From positions 1 through 53,613 of the forward strand of contig NW_021833851.1 in assembly GCF_006345805.1 (NCBI RefSeq): a stretch of 53,613 nt of DNA. Reading direction: 5' to 3'. The translations under genes were made by a program, and so were the position numbers. Of this stretch, positions 52,106 to 53,613 are shown piece by piece. How positions within the stretch are numbered: the stretch's first letter is position 1; the number at the start of each line of letters is the position of its first letter. The notes below the pieces were generated by a model. That model saw nothing but the letters and a program-made list of their open reading frames with translations, had not been told where the DNA came from and did not search any database. The stretch comes from Octopus sinensis. Taxonomy: Eukaryota.

Positions 52106-52430
52106 TGAGGGCGCGTGGCTTAGTGGTTAGGGCATTCGGCTCATGATCGTAAGGTTGTGAGTTCGATTCCCGGCGACGCGTTGTGTCCTTGAGCAAGACA
52201 CTTTATTTCACGTTGCTCCAGTCCACTCAGCTGGCAAAAATGAGTTGTACTTGTATTTCAAAGGGTCAGCCTTGTCACTCTCTGTGTCACGCTGATTATC
52301 CCCGAGAACTACGTTAAGGGTACACGTGTCTGTGGAATGCTCAGCCATTTGCACGTTAATTTCACGAGCAAGCTGTTCCGTTGATCGTATCAGCTGGGAC
52401 CCTCGTCGTCGTAACCGGCGGAGTCTTTTT
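52106..52430 (+). mobile_element. Full-length tRNA-derived SINE (family C)
   Basis: Pol III A box tggcttagtgg 52116-52126, B box gagttcgattccc 52159-52171, central gtgtccttgagcaagacactt domain, 3' body shared with 4343-4514. Confidence 0.9.
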
Positions 52431-52956
52431 TATGTGTGTGGGTGTATGTGTGTGTATGTCTCCCTGATTCTGTGTGTTTCCGCGGTAGGTACGCAATTAA
52501 ACATACACACACATCTACACATACATATACACATGTGACAACTGACATGCGTAAATTTATGGCTATATGTGTCTCTCTTGCTATATGTATGAGTCTGTAT
52601 GAGAGAATGCATGTATGCGTATCGACACATTTTGTAATTGAATGTGTATGTGTCTTTGAGCGAGTTGGTATTTGCACGCCCGTTACCTACGTTATTAAAC
52701 ACGCATACATCTACACAAACTCTTAACAAAAACAATTACTTAGAAGGCCCAAGGTATAAGAATATATACATCTACCTTTCCATTAACAGTTCATGATTAT
52801 CGCAGCAGTTGCAAGGCTGGAAGTTATTTACAATTTGCTTATATTTGGTTACTTTACACTGCATGTAAAAATATAGACATACTACATAAATACAACTACT
52901 TACAAAATGGATATTAATGAATATTTTTTATATGTACATAACATTTTGTTTAAAAT

Positions 52957-53613
52957 ATGAAAAACATATGTCACAAAAGGAAAAACTTAATCTCTTCAGA
53001 AAAAACCTATAAAGCAAGGAGGAGTGCAGAAAACCGAACGCGTGAGTCTCAAGAGACAAGGGACATGAAACTTTCTAAACATCAGCAAAGGCATGTTGCA
53101 GCACAACAGATGGAAACACAATATAGAAGGGACAGGGCACTTTCCAAAGATCACCAAATACAGTCAAATACAGTCCCAAGAGAGAGAGAGAGACAGAGAG
53201 AGACAGAGAGAGACAGAGAGAAAGAGACAGAGACAGAGAGAGACAGAGAGATAGAGAGAGAGAGACAGGGAAAGAAAGGGAGAAAGAGAGAGAGAGAGAA
53301 AGAGAGAGAAAGAGAGAGGGTCCGGAGAGAAGACTTTCTTAACATCAACCACAGCACGCTTCAGCACGTTTTGATGGAGTCCCAGGGCAGAAGGGAGATG
53401 AGACTTTCTCAAGATCGGCAAAGGCATGTTGCAGCACTTAATGCTGAATCATTAAATCAACGTTTAGCAAGCCAGATTACACAGAGGTCGAATAGAATAG
53501 GTCTCCGTAAAAGACCGCGTACAGATTCGTTTTTCACAAAAACTGGAGCTTCTTTCAGATATGATCAATCACATTAATTCTGCCCAAATTGATGTGTTAA
53601 ACTCAAATTATCA
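52957..53613 (+). pseudogene. Probable Helitron Rep/Hel N-terminus with 23-aa STPR-like repeats, interrupted by (AG)n; runs off the window
   Basis: Repeats ESQETRDMKLSKHQQRHVAAQQM and ESQGRREMRLSQDRQRHVAALNA (23 aa each), followed by an A/SFRYD motif typical of the region before the Helitron N-terminal zinc finger. One repeat is out of frame and contains a stop. Confidence 0.55.

Noticed and set aside
52106-52180. tRNA gene
   Set aside because: A and B boxes are present but the acceptor stem does not close and the sequence continues into a SINE body.

Overview
53.6 kb of AT-rich, microsatellite-saturated eukaryotic DNA. It is most likely intergenic or intronic sequence of a coleoid cephalopod (Octopus-like); this is inferred from recalled SINE families and the abundance of Dong/R4 LINEs, not from a database search. 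I cannot support any host protein-coding exon: nearly all ORFs in the track are (TA)n/(CA)n/trinucleotide artefacts or decayed transposon fragments. Recognisable content: three tRNA-derived SINE families (about 20 copies or fragments), four Dong/R4-clade LINE fragments, one RTE LINE fragment, two Tc1 fragments, one mariner-like (DD37D-type) derivative, a Chapaev3-like transposase remnant, a Helitron-like ORF start with 23-aa STPR-like repeats, and probable hAT and Helentron-type non-autonomous elements. The most notable pattern is a set of short insertions, mostly embedded in (TA)n tracts and mutually dissimilar in sequence. They share a fold-back (inverted-repeat) architecture, and several carry type I minimal hammerhead ribozyme motifs: a well-formed one at 5658-5720 and a head-to-head pair inside a perfect 139-bp palindrome at 25855-25993. 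This fits Penelope-like/retrozyme-type retroelements.
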